Source of the DNA: Octopus sinensis
Lineage: Eukaryota
Assembly (NCBI RefSeq): GCF_006345805.1
Contig: NC_043004.1
Coordinates: forward strand, 57,970,001 to 58,034,000
Length of the DNA: 64,000 bases
Reading direction: 5' to 3'
Shown here: positions 37,085 through 51,770 of the stretch, piece after piece
Layout: each line of letters starts with the position of its first letter
Numbering within the stretch: position 1 is the first letter of the stretch
Notes under the pieces: generated by a model
The model's database searches: none
What the model saw: only the letters and a program-made list of their open reading frames with translations
Told to the model about the DNA's origin: nothing
Position numbers and translations under genes: made by a program

Positions 37085-38263
37085 CGAAATATGAAGTATG
37101 TTGGTGTGATAATTTGTACCAGCTTTTCATTTCGACATTAATGACGTTAGAAATTAGCTCTCATTTGACAAATTTACTACTTGCACTTTCGTACCATATA
37201 CCGCTACGGCCTTTGTATGTACTTTACTTACTGTTTCCAGTTTATCTCTTAAAACACTTGGATACAAACATATACACCTGTTCGGGATCGTTGTACTCTA
37301 ATTATAATTGACATAACTGACACAATTGACGTGAGGTATTGATATATTGTAAATGATATATATACGAACACAAATATGAGTACTATTTTGATGCAATGAA
37401 ACATTCTCTTTTGACATTGCAAATTATCTTTTGCTAACTTCATACATAATTTATTTTGACCGTGAAATGGCATCTCTTTAAGGTGACATCGTCAGAACTT
37501 GACGTTGACATAACAACATGGAATACAAGTTAAATTTACTATACTAAACAGGACTATAATTCTGATTATGCTTTGAAACTTGGTTAACGTAAGAGTTATT
37601 GCTAGGAGACTGAAATATGTACAACTAATATTAATAATAACAACATCATCATAAAACGGATTTACCTATACACAATGTGGAGTTCAAAGATGTTGTCATA
37701 ACCATGGTACAGTACAATATAGTTTTCTATTTCTATATTTCATTTTATATGCATTTTTACATATTTCTAATAAATCAAAAGCAGTGAGTTTTTTTATTGA
37801 TTGTATTTTATGTATAGATAAAAAATATATTTAAAAATAAGTTGCTAAAACTTCACTGAATAATGCAGAATTTGGGTAGACAAAGCCCTCTCACTCAAAC
37901 AATGTGTAAGTACAAATAATTACACATGCAGAAACACACACACACACACACATTTATATATATATATATAAATATATATATATATAAACATATATATACA
38001 CATACACGTATGCATATATGCATGTATGTGTGCATATATATACATGTATATATATATATACAAGTATGCATGTATATATATATATATATATATATACTAT
38101 GTAAGTATGTGTATATATATATGTATACATATATATGTATACATATATATATATATATTATATATATATATCATATATATATAGACGTATATATATATAT
38201 ATATGTATACATATATATGTATAATATATATGTATACATATATATGTATACATATATATATAA

Positions 38264-38311
<48 letters not shown>

Positions 38312-38502
38312 CACGTGTGTGTGTGCTGAAAATATATATTTGTTTGCTTCCTATATAATTTCTGATTTTCTGTGCTTGGAAATGTGTAATAAATTTTCTG
38401 CATTTAGAATGACGTTTTGGCTACTTAAAATTGCGTGTATGTATATATGTATGGTTCAGTGAATATATGTATATATATATATATATATACACTGAACCAT
38501 AC

Positions 38503-38570
<68 letters not shown>

Positions 38571-39024
38571 ATATATATATCATATTTGAGAATTGTTGAA
38601 TGTTTTGCTGAAAAATATATTTTAATAACTGAACCAAATATGTTTTGATTTCCATGTATAAAATCTTTGTAACATGAATATAACTTTCCTTATATGGTTC
38701 ACTTATGCAGTAGTGTAAACTATTCAAATAGAGCAGAGATGTTTGAGGCATATTAATAAGTTATTAGTGAAATTCCTGTTTTTTGTTTGTTTGTCTTTTT
38801 CGATTCTTTTTTTTTTATATGACTCTCCAATTCAATGAAGGTACATAAATACATTGTTTTTATAATTATAAAAATTATTAAATTCGGTAAAGCATATATT
38901 AATGTCGTATACATTTTTTTTTTTTTTTTTTTTTGTAAATGAGGAAAATGGCTCCGAAACATTTAAAAGAATTTTCGTAATCTATAGATACACATATATG
39001 AATATTGATTTCAAATTTAGGCAT

Positions 39025-39530
39025 AAGGCCAGCAAGTTCGGTGGAGGGAGAAAGTCAATTACATCGAAATCAGTGCTCAACTGGTCTTTATATTATCGAC
39101 CTCAAAAGTATGAAAGACAAAGGCTGCCACGACGGGGTTTAAACTTGAAACGTAAAGACGGACAAAATGCCGCCAAGCAATTTTCCCGATTTGCTAACGA
39201 ATCTGCCAGATAGCTGCCTTAATAACGGATAGACTCAGCTCCATCTTTTGTTAATATACATTACTTAAACTTTCGAGGGCGCAGTGCTTGTCCACATCCA
39301 TCATCAGCCGAAGTACTGGAGGGTCGGCGAAATGCTTTGCTAAAGCAGTGAGTTCACGGAATCGATAACACGCTGCATGCATTCTGAGTTCAAATTCGGC
39401 CGAGGTCGTCTTTGCCTTTCGCGCTTTAGAAGTCGATAAAATCGATAAAGTACCAGTTGTGTGCACCGGGATCGATATAATCGACACACACCCTCCCCCA
39501 AATTAGCTGACCCTGTACCAAAGTTTGAAA
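39025..39530. mobile_element. Two diverged SINE B copies (minus 39025-39220, plus 39325-39530)
   Basis: gctaacgaatctgccag (minus-strand head); ttctgagttcaaattcggccgaggtcg. Confidence 0.75.
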
Positions 39531-40186
39531 CCATTATTACTATTATTATCACTGTTGTTGATAATGACTTTAGTTTCATCATCTAAAAAAATACACACAT
39601 GCACGTTGCAATATATCAGCCATTTTCCTTTTTTTTTTTATCTCCTTTGGAAAAAAACTTAATTTTCTTAATTATATTACAGTTTTCTGCACGATCACTT
39701 ATTTTCCATGCAGTTTTAAATCCTAAATCAAGGTATAAATATAATTTTCCTGCCAATACCTCAATACATCTCTGAGCTATACTATTTTTGAACGAGAATC
39801 TTTAAATTTTATAACAGAATATATGTGCTTTCTCTATTTTATATATGTTGTATATGTTATTTTTCCATCAAAGATTTTAATATAAAATCATTTTCAACAA
39901 GTATTAACCTTGCATTAATATAAAATGTAAAATTATTTCAAACTTCATTCCTTCTATTTATATATATACAACTACAAAGATTGATTGTATCTATGATAAG
40001 TGTAAGTCGAATCTTAGATGCCTTTATATTAAACATATTCATATAATAAAGGACCTGATTTGAAGATAAATCTAAAATATTTTTCAAAAAGGGCTGATGA
40101 ATTAGATAGCAACTACGTAGCCCCACTACCCTTCTAAACATTCCCTTCCTTACTCACAGTACCTGTCCCTATATCTGTATATATGC

Positions 40187-40237
<51 letters not shown>

Positions 40238-40327
40238 TTTTGTCTTTCAGAATTATTCTCTTATAAATTTGTAATCTCAATACCAATGCGGAATAATGGG
40301 AATTTGCAGGTTTGTGAGCGCGGGTGT

Positions 40328-40408
<81 letters not shown>

Positions 40409-41593
40409 TGTGTGTGTATGTGTGTATGTGTGTGTGCGTGTGTGTGTGCATTGTGAGGGCTAAGTGTGCGAGTTAGAAAAGAAGTAAAGGTGAAATGTGT
40501 TACCCGTGTATTTAATACATGAAAGAAAATGAACCTATTTACTGCGAACTGTCAATGCATTATTTCTTCTATGAAATTTAATATATACGTTTTTGTCACC
40601 TTTTTATACCACATCATTTACGTCACACAGAAAGATGGCATGTGTGAGAAGATATCATTTATGTCATCTTATATTGTGTATTCTTTGACTCACCCAAACA
40701 GCTATGTATAACGGTAACCTAGCCATATGAGAAAACAGTAAATACACGAGCACAACATCGATTTTCCGGAAACTTTTGTTCCAAAATCCTACCGGATTAC
40801 TGTTTCTTCTGAACCAGTATTTAAACTGGTCATATGAGACCTTAATATTCCACCAGTTTTATGCTTAAACCATCCAGATCTGGCTTCTCACACCTTCCCT
40901 ACAATGTCATTCAAAAAATAAGCCGTCGTATCATCAAAATTTTGAAGCTACGAGATAACGCTTTATTGATCCAAAAGAATGTGAATAGACAAGTATAACA
41001 TTTGTCAGGCTAAATTAAACAAATACTAAATTTACTAATATAATTAAATGAAAAATTAATTACATATATAATTAAATGCATTAGTATAAATAATACAATT
41101 TCATTGATACAGTATTGCGCAGGGTACTAGTTTATGCAAGGCAGCAATAAGCTAGGCTGCTGAATGTGAGAATTTGCAGTTCCTTCTTGTAAATTACTAC
41201 GAATTATAAGTGGTTCTTGACCATCAATGTCTGGAAAATCGGTGAGGTACTTGCACTATAAACGAAAATTTATCAAGTAATTATTTAACTGTTTATAGAA
41301 TATCATTCTGTCATTTCAAAATGGGGATGTATATCCTATTGTACTGCACATTGGAAATATCATTGTTCTTACTGTCATATTAGAGACTTATTTCTTTCTT
41401 TCAATGGAGCGAAGCTATATGTTAATTTAGAAATGGATTGTATATCATAGACGTGGTATCACATTTTCGTGTTTCTGTGATCAAGCTTTGAGCCACATTA
41501 CCGTGACGTCTCAATGTGGTTGTATGCATGTATGTATGTATGTATGTATGTATGTATGTGTATATATATACATATATGTATATATATATATAC

Positions 41594-41636
<43 letters not shown>

Positions 41637-41685
41637 CATATATATACATATATATATATATACATATATATACATATATATTATA

Positions 41686-41752
<67 letters not shown>

Positions 41753-42604
41753 ATATTATATATATATATATATTATATATATATATATATATTCATATAC
41801 GAATTACATTAACACTTTAGAAAAATATACTGTGTTTGTATGGGAATATTTTTTTTACATGAAACATTGATCAATACTCTCACATTAAATAGAACATACT
41901 TTTATGTGATTTTTGAAGCCGATCTTAGTTTCATTCCTTTTACTAGCAGTTCTACCCATCTACGATGGAGGCATGAAATGAAGGAGGGAAGTCATAACAG
42001 TAGTATGTATTGAGAAATATGTAAATGGACTTGATAGATTATTGGGTGATGTCTAGAGAAATCACAATATGGCGTTATAGCATTCTATTGTAGCTGTACA
42101 ACGTGTTTGCGACTAAGTGACGTGTGATGACAATTCACTCCCGAACTGAAATAGGCTCCCAGCCTCTGTATCATGAATGGTTATGTGGACCGCTCCTAAC
42201 GAAAGCCAGAGCTTCTTTCAACCACTACGTAAAATGTATTAAGAAAAAAAATGTTATTTAGATATACTTTTATTTTAGTTGTTTACTCTATTTTACGCTA
42301 GTTTATACTTTTATACATTCAAAGTTCACAAATTTCCTTATTTAAATTATGAATCATTTTCCTTTCGATAATATCAATATGATTGCAAAACTTCTTTTGG
42401 TCGACGCAAATTTTCAAATTACTGTAGTCCGTTTGCTCTACTCATAGCGACGTATAACTGGTCGTGTATGAACATCGGAGTGGGTAAAAATATTGTTCAG
42501 GCAACGTCAATTTGATGGAAAGCGGGAACATTTGATCACTATAAAGAAATCATTTGTGCAGGTCGGTTAGCAAAAAGCTGAACGATCATGTATCGTCTCT
42601 TCGA

Positions 42605-42859
42605 TGGCAGAATCCTTAGCACGATGGACGAAATGCTTAGAGGTATTTCGCCCGTCGCTGCGTTCCCAGTTCAAATTCCGCCGAGAACGACTTTGCCTTT
42701 CATCATTTCGGGGTCGATAAAATAAGTACAAGAGAAAGACTTGGGTCGATGTAATCGACTAGTTCCCTCCCCAAAAATTTCAGATCATTATTATTATTAT
42801 TATTAGTAGTAGTATTAGTATTAGTATTATTATTATTATTATTAATATTATTATTATTA

Positions 42860-42890
<31 letters not shown>

Positions 42891-42960
42891 CATCATCATA
42901 ATCATCATCATCATCATCATTATTATCATCATTATTATCATCATCATCATTATTATTCAC
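42605..42960 (+). mobile_element. SINE B followed by an (ATT/ATC)n tract
   Basis: tggcagaatccttagcacg...gttcaaattccgccgag...gcctttcatc. Confidence 0.82.
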
Positions 42961-44239
42961 TGTTATTATTAATATCCCATCAAATCATATGACTGTTTTA
43001 AAAAGTATTACTCTCGACAAAAATAAAACAGGTCACTTCAGTTAAAACCCCTAATGATGGTAGGGAATATATCCATAGCCATTACTTACTTAGCTGTTGT
43101 TAGTTTACTTCAATTTGCAGACTACGCAAAATATTCAAAATAACTTCTTTAAAGAGATAACAAGGTAGTCATACAAATAATGGATGAATATATAAGTGAA
43201 TGGGAAAATGGATGGATGGATGGATGGATGGATGGATGGATTGACGGACGAACGGATGGATGTATAGAAAGAGAGGAAAACCAATGGATAGGTTTTTTTT
43301 TATTGAATAGCTAAGAAATAGGAGGATGAATCTACTTGTAGCCAGTCGAATTGAGGGATAGATTAACATAAAAATATAATGCATACTTCTTAGACGTAGA
43401 CATAGAAATTACGAAATGGCTTTGTAAGTCTCATGGATGTATTGACAATTGTATTCAAGAATAATAGGAAATGATGGAGTAATATTCTGAGATATATATG
43501 GACAGAATTTGCTGGGTGTATCAAAGCTCTGAAGAATGGATTGAGAGTTGAATTGAAGGAGAGATAGACAGAATAGAAGGAAGAATGGATGAATAGATCA
43601 ATTGCAGTCGGAAAGCCCATTTGTACGGCTTTTCCTTTTTTTTTTAGCTTCTATCATTTCCTCGTTACTTAAGAAAGATGTCACTATGGTTACCTGAAGT
43701 TTTGTTCAATTTTCTATTCTTATCTACTTAATAACCCTATCACAACCTACTTTTTTTTTTTTACTGCAACGGCTTTAAGAAGACAAAACACACACAGCCC
43801 CTGTCTATATTTCTCGTTCCCAAACTAAAAATCTGAATCAGAATATTTCTGTTGCTCTGACAGACTGCAAATCTGATATTAAGAATTTTTCTTCTTTCAT
43901 TATTTTTTTTTTCTCTCTTTTTTGAGGAAAATTAATTCCAAAGCACTTTGTTGTTGAAAGGATTAAGAAAATACTAAAAACAAAATATATAAATAAATAA
44001 ATAAATAAAACATGAAATAAAAATGATTGAAACTAAAAACAAATATAGAATGATGAGAGATGATTGTAACAGCAGTATTGTTCCGCCTTATCCGTTAATT
44101 CTTGTTTTAAAAGAATGGTTATTATGCTGCACGGCGATGTTGATGACGATGAGGATGATGAGGATGATAAGGAGGAAGTGGTGGTGGAGGAATAGAAGGA
44201 GGAGGACGACAACGAGACGACAACGACGATGGCGATGAA

Positions 44240-44255
44240 GATGATGATAATGATA

Positions 44256-44316
<61 letters not shown>

Positions 44317-44372
44317 TAATAATAATAATGATGATAATGATAATAATAATAATAATAATGATGATGATAATG

Positions 44373-44404
<32 letters not shown>

Positions 44405-44425
44405 AATAATGATAATGATAATAAA

Positions 44426-44500
<75 letters not shown>

Positions 44501-44561
44501 AATAATGATAATGATAATAAAATTGAAAATAATAATAATAATGATGATGATAATGATAATA

Positions 44562-44592
<31 letters not shown>

Positions 44593-44693
44593 TAATGATA
44601 ATAATAATAATGATGATAATGATAATAATGATGACAATAAAAATAATAATGATAATAATAATAATAATAACAGTAATAATAATAATAATATTA

Positions 44694-44724
<31 letters not shown>

Positions 44725-44729
44725 TATTA

Positions 44730-44760
<31 letters not shown>

Positions 44761-44807
44761 TATTAATAGTAATAATAATAATAATAATAAAAATAATAAT
44801 AATATTA

Positions 44808-44849
<42 letters not shown>

Positions 44850-44880
44850 TTAATAGTAATAATAATAATAGTAACAGTGA
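44240..44880. repeat. Long (AAT/GAT)n trinucleotide microsatellite
   Basis: Read directly from the sequence. Confidence 0.97.
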
Positions 44881-46111
44881 TGCAGATAAAAAAAAATATT
44901 ATAATAATAGCGCTAAAACGATAATACTAATCATACTAGTATTAATATTGAAGATGATGAAGATGATGAGGAGGAGGGCGACAACGATCTGAACAACGTA
45001 GATAGCATGTGATTATATGCTTACATGCCTAGATAGATATACATGAAAAAGATTGGATCTGTATCAAGTGTATCACATATAATCCATGTATGCGTATGTG
45101 TGGAGAGATAGACAGAGAATGAGAGAGGGGAGGCAAAGAGAGACTGACTAAGTGAGAGCCAGAGAGCCAGAGACGTATTTGAGAATACTGATCACCACGA
45201 TTAGTTAACCAAAGAATATACAGAAATACATGAAGAATACTGTTTTATACATAATGATTTTTATTTTAATTCACCCAATCAATATTCTCTACGAGTAAAT
45301 GTAAGCATTTTATTGGATTTCTTTCAATCGTCAGGTCTAATCAAATTTAGTTATCCCTTATTTTGGCAAAGCATTGCTGTTTTTGATACTGAAATTTTCA
45401 AAAGTTATTAAACAGATCGTTTAAATTCCTAAAATAGTAAATTTAGCTAATCATAAGTCTTTTAGAATGGCTCTTTTGGTACCGAATCCTCTAACATGTG
45501 CGGAGGGAGGGATGTAAATGTATATATGTGTGCGCGTATATGTGTGTTGTGTGTGTGTGTGCGTATATATGTGTGTGCATGTGTGTGTGTGTGTGTGTGA
45601 GGGCACATGGTGTACTTCATCTCACCTTGCTCTGTAATTACTTCAGCACCTGATGTGTGGTACACTGTGCACCTGATAAGACTATGTCGATTTGATGGAG
45701 GGAGTGAAATAATGTACAGCACATTACATTTGGTCATCATAAATAAATCAATTGTGCAGGTCGTTCAGCAAGAAATTATAGAACCCTTTTCATCGGACCA
45801 CGAAAGACTATCATCATATATATGTGTATATATATATATTGAAAGAAAGTTAGAGGTTGTGAATCCAACCAACTAAGGGATAATATCTATCCAATATACT
45901 ACTGGAAGAATACCCAATTATTAATACACAAGTGTTTTTTTATTGCATTACAATTACATTACCGAGTGTACGAAATGGGTGAAGGTAAAGAGATATTTTA
46001 CCATTAATTTATAGAGCAATAAGAAAATGGAGGGGATCAATAGGTGGTTCGTCAACTTTTAGACATTATATTATGTCAACTTATTTATCTATTTACTAAA
46101 ATGACAATATA

Positions 46112-46171
<60 letters not shown>

Positions 46172-46455
46172 GTATATATATATATATCGCTCTGTGATCT
46201 TTTCGTTGTCTAGCGTGTGGCACATCTTTCTCCTGTTCAAAGGAAGATCAATGACATCGGTCTCATTTTTGTAGGCACTGCGAATGCCATAGCCGTTGAC
46301 CCCTTCCACCCGATCAGGCTAGTAGAAAGCAAAGCAAAAATAATAGAAGAGAGAACTAAGTTTCTCCTAGAGAATATAGCTATGCAACTGAGTGACTGGA
46401 CGTCATTGATTTCAGAACAGTGAGGTCCTGAAATTCTTATATCGTATATTTAAAT

Positions 46456-46766
46456 GTGGAGGCGCAATGGCCTTGTGGTTAGGGCAGAGGACTCGCGGTC
46501 GTAGGATCGCAGTTTCGGTTCCCAGACCGGGCGTTGTAAGTGTTTATTGAGCGAAAACACCTAAAACTCCACGAGGCTCCGGCAGGGGGTGGTAGCGATC
46601 CCTGCTGTACTCTTTCGCCACAACTTTCTCTCACTCTTTCTTCTGTTGGCCTGCTCGCTTAGCCAGCGGGGTGACGTCATTTCAAGGCTAAAACAATGCG
46701 AAGCGCATTGTGACCAGCGATGTGTAACAACATCTGATAGCCTGGTCGGTCACGGTGATCACGGTG
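46456..46766 (+). mobile_element. SINE family C (tail type 2) with an atatttaaat TSD
   Basis: Family C head with the type 2 tail. atatttaaat lies on both sides. Confidence 0.88.
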
Positions 46767-47669
46767 ATATTTAAATATCACTCAACTAAACCCCTGGTTA
46801 ATAGCATAATCAGGCATTACAAATGATGCGAAGTAAACAGGTTGATGAGAAGAAGGGAAGCTTGATATTTGTGTCTATTGTCTGTGTGTTGTGTGTATAT
46901 GCTTGTGTGTGCGCGTGCGCATGCGCTCTTACACTCATTGTTTATATCCTAGCAATCTGTTGGCTCCTTTTCACCAGAGCAACAGAATACTTCACATATG
47001 TGCGCGCGCGCGTGTGTATTAACGTTTGTGTATGTGTATATGCACGTGAGATTCTGTTGAAATTATTTTCAAGAACTCGGTTAATATTTTCTCTAATATT
47101 TTGCTTTATTTCTGGTTTGTGTTTTTTTTTTTCTTCTATTTCTACTACACCTCCTCCATCAACGAATAAAATTGTAATAAAAAGATATTCTTAAATATTT
47201 TCTTTCTTAAGTGACTGACTATTTTTGTCACACATCATTTATATAGATATTTTATTGGATTTCTTTCAATCTCTGCAAGATTTAATCAAGCTTTTCCATT
47301 TCACCGAATTACTACGAATTTCTATTTTTATATTTTTTCTAAACGTCTAAATATGAAAATGATCGTTTAAATTTTTCAAGTTATAGCATTTGCTAATAAT
47401 GGCTTTGTTACATTATTGCTGTTACTTCGTTGTGAAATGGGACTGGGTGTGGACAGAGAAGCTCATAAAATGCTTCTGCAATACAGAGATCAGTATTTCA
47501 AAGATCGACTTTATAATTCTTCTGCCTCGTGTTGTTCAAATTCTATGCTTATGATATTTCACCGTAGCTTCCCTAGGCTATACGTTACTCTAGTTTAGAT
47601 GAAAACATTTCGAATCTGTTAAAGATGCATATTATTCAAGAAATATCTGTATTCCTGAATAAAAATAAC

Positions 47670-48130
47670 AATGCTTTCTAATTATGTCACAAGACTGTCA
47701 CTTTTGAGTGGATGACAGAGTCGATTACATCGACTCCAGTGTTCAAGAGGTTCTTATTTTCTCAACCTTGAAAAGATGAGAAGCAAAGCCGACCTCAGCG
47801 AAATTTGAACTCAGAAAGTTAATGTGGACGAAACGCTGCTAAGCATTTTTGCGGTGTGCTAACGATTCTGCCTAGCATTTTCTACTATAGGCTAAAGGCC
47901 TAAAATTTGTAGGAGGATACCCATCGGTTGCAACGATCCGGGTGTCATCTGGTGATTATCGATCCCAAAAGGATTAAAGGCTCGGTGGAATTTAAATTCC
48001 GGACGTAAAGAGTGTAAATGCCACCAAGCTTCTTTTCGACATCTAACTGTTAATACATGCTAATCCCCTCTACTAAAGAGACAAGGCCTGAAATTTGAGG
48101 GTAGGGGCCTAGTCGATAACATCAACAACA
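47670..48130 (-). mobile_element. Diverged SINE B relics in tandem
   Basis: gcaaag.cgacctc.gcg.aatttgaactcagaa...gctaagcattt...gctaacgattctgcc. Confidence 0.7.
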
Positions 48131-48150
48131 GAGTTTCACTGGTATATATC

Positions 48151-48227
<77 letters not shown>

Positions 48228-48266
48228 TGTATATATATATATATATATATAATATATATATATATA

Positions 48267-48333
<67 letters not shown>

Positions 48334-48407
48334 GTGTGTATATATATATATAATATATATATATATATATACATATACATACATATATACATACTCATAT
48401 ATTTTTT

Positions 48408-48956
48408 TAAGGGCGTATAATCCAGGTTTCCTAGGTGTGCGTTGCACACCCATAGAAAATGGCAAATTTCTTATAAATATTAACCCTACTCATTAATTTA
48501 AGTACAAATCTTAATGGAAAACTTTTGTGATACCCCTACTTGCAATTTGGTACCATTTTGATAGAATTACTTCAACATCGCTTCAAAATCGATGCTGGTG
48601 TGCTTACGTCTCCGTAACATTAGCGGTTTGGCAAAAGAGACCGATAGAATAAGTACCAGGCTTACAAAGAATAAGTCCTGGGGTCGATTTGCTCGACTAA
48701 AGGCAGTGCTCTAGCATGGCCACAGTCAAATGACTGAAACAAGTAAAAGAGTAAAAAGAGAGTAAGGGTATATGTATATTAAGGGCGTATAATCCGGGTT
48801 TGCTAGGTGTGCGTTGCACACCCATAGAAAATGGCAAATTTCTAATAAATATTAACCCTACTCATTAATTTAATTACTGATCTTAATGGAAAACTTGAAA
48901 TTTGGCGGCATTGGGTGTGGCAGCACATCTAATACGACAACCACCATACGCCACTG
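48408..48956. mobile_element. MITE-like element with a 117-bp direct repeat (48408-48524 and 48780-48896) bracketing a SINE A 3' half (48588-48763)
   Basis: Direct repeat read directly. The ends ggcgtat...atacgccactg suggest short TIRs. Confidence 0.6.
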
Positions 48957-48958
48957 AA

Positions 48959-49007
<49 letters not shown>

Positions 49008-49646
49008 AGCGTGTCTTTATGTTCGATTTTTTTCCCTCCATCACATGACTACCAATTGTGTCTATTTTTCAGCAAAATATATAAACATTGGGGTCGATAT
49101 GTTCGACTGAAAATATTCCTAGGCGGTGCTGTAGCATGGCCACAGTCCAGTGAATCAAATAAACAAATAAAATAGAAAAGATAAAAGACATCGTCAGTAA
49201 CAAACACGGTTTTCTGTCGTGTCTTTTGATTGGCTGAGACTGTCGTCTGCTCTTTCCAAATTTTTCCCACCTTTTTTTTAGCCAAACAGAAATATTCAGA
49301 ATTAGTTGACATTTAACTTATTTAACTTATTTAAACAGTAATTTTATTTGATGTCGTGTTAGGAAAATAACTATGGGAAATATGTTGATAAGTACCATAA
49401 CATGATACTTATTTAACATTTTTATACTAATATATGACAGGCGGAGGTAAGGGTGGGTGATTAACAAGCTCACCGTCCATTCGGTTTCCAGTTTAGTACA
49501 GCTATACACAAACACACAAAAAAAAGCACTCACTCACACGCAGAAGCACACGTATATATTTTTATTTTATTTATATTTTAGCTAGTTTCAGCTCACGAGC
49601 TGTGGCCAAGCTGGGGCACCGCCATGTATGTATGTATATATATATA

Positions 49647-49696
<50 letters not shown>

Positions 49697-49699
<3 letters not shown>

Positions 49700-49864
49700 G
49701 GAGTGGTTGTGTGGTAAGTAGCTTGCTAACCAACTACATGGTTCCGGGTTCAGTCCCACCTCGTGGCATCTTGGGCAAGTGTCTTCTGCTATAGCCCCGG
49801 GCCGACCAATGCCTTGTGAGTGGATTTGGTAGACGGAATCTGAAAGAAGCCTGTCGTATATATG

Positions 49865-49911
<47 letters not shown>

Positions 49912-50107
49912 ATGTTTGTCTCCCTAGCATTGCTTGACAACCGATGCTGGTGTGTTTACGTCCCCGTCACTTAGCGGTTCGGCAAAAGAGAACGATAGAA
50001 TAAGTACTGGGCTTACAAAGAATAAGCCTTGGGGTCGATTTGCTCGACTAAAGGCGGTGCTCCAACATGGCCAGTCAAATGACTGAAACAAGTAAAAGAG
50101 TAAAGAG
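49697..50107 (+). mobile_element. SINE family A, near full length
   Basis: Matches the family A consensus. Confidence 0.92.
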
Positions 50108-50115
50108 TATATATA

Positions 50116-50310
50116 CTGTTGTGTCTGGGGAGAGTCATTCGCTTTTAGTCCCTTATAATTTAACTCACCAGTAAATGAGTGGAAATTTTAATGGTGAGTG
50201 TGTTAAATTATAATGCACTAAAAGAGAATGACTCTCCGCAGACACAACAGAATATGCTTCAACACGCGAACTCACATAAAGAATCTTGCAAACCAAATCC
50301 AAAAAGGAAA
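50116..50310. mobile_element. Fold-back element (inverted repeat 50116-50250) with a one-sided tail, in (TA)n
   Basis: ctgttgtgtctg.ggagagtcattc.cttttagt / actaaaagagaatgactctccgcagacacaacag. Confidence 0.78.
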
Positions 50311-50421
50311 TATATATATATAGATATATATATATATATACACACATATATGTATGTATGCATGTATATAGAGATACATGGATAGATAAATATGTGTGTG
50401 TACACATATATATGTAGATAA

Positions 50422-50456
<35 letters not shown>

Positions 50457-50462
50457 TACATG

Positions 50463-50570
<108 letters not shown>

Positions 50571-50854
50571 GGAGAGGGACAGTGACAGAGAGAGAGAGAG
50601 AGAGAGTTTGGCAGGTGAATACGGGTTATATATATGAAGCTATAAAGCTGTATTTGTCAGGGATTGTCCTTGCGTTGATTTTTATAATACCGGTGCCCCT
50701 AGTGCCCCAGCATGGCCGTTAATGATAAGCTTGAACAGGTAAATGTGTAAATCTTTGTAGGTCAGTCCACAAGTATACAGCAAACATGTAGCTTATTTCC
50801 GTGTTATATTCTTTGGGTTCATGGATACATAGGAAACCAACAAGGTGCATTTAG

Positions 50855-50980
50855 CATACATACATACATACATACATACATACATACATACATACATACA
50901 TACATACATACGTACATACATACATACATACATACATACATACATACATACACACATACACACATACATACATACATACA

Positions 50981-51014
<34 letters not shown>

Positions 51015-51144
51015 CATACATACATACATACATACGTACATACATACATACGTACATGCATACATACGTACGTACATACATACATACGTACGTACGTAGT
51101 ATATACATACATACATAAATACATACATACATACATACATACAT
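50855..51144. repeat. (CATA)n microsatellite
   Basis: Read directly from the sequence. Confidence 0.97.
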
Positions 51145-51371
51145 AAAAAATCTGTTACGCAGTCCAATGAAAATATATACTACATTCGAAAGATTCTCCT
51201 TGTGAGATTCTTTAAATGAATATATGCACTCACTTGGTTGTGTCTATCTACAATGACACAACACACCTTTAAAATGCAATTATACATACTCACAAACACA
51301 CAAACACACACACAAATACCTAAGCATTTAAGAGAACTGTTCACATAACATAAATGCAGGTACGTAAGAAG

Positions 51372-51528
51372 GTGCAGGCGTGACTGTGTGGTAAGAAGCT
51401 TGCTTCCCAATCACATGGTTCTAGGTTCAGTCCCACTGCGTGACACCTTGGGCAAGTGTCTTGCGCTGACCAAAGCCTTGTGAGTGGATTTGGTAGGCGA
51501 AAGCTGAAAGAATCCCGTCGTATATAAA

Positions 51529-51575
<47 letters not shown>

Positions 51576-51585
51576 GCGCACACAC

Positions 51586-51629
<44 letters not shown>

Positions 51630-51770
51630 GATTTTTACTACGTTAGGGTCTTTGTATCTGTGTTTATGTACCACCAATACCACATGATAACCTGTGTTGA
51701 CGTGTTTACGTCCCCGTTACTTGATGGTTCGGCAAAGTGACCATTAGAACAAGTTCTAGGCTTTAAAAAA
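51372..51770 (+). mobile_element. Diverged SINE A
   Basis: ggtgcaggcgtgactgtgtggtaagaagcttgc...gtgtttacgtccccg. Confidence 0.82.

Noticed and set aside
44122-44924. 231-aa poly-Ile/Met and 171-aa poly-Leu ORFs
   Set aside because: (AAT/GAT)n microsatellite translations.
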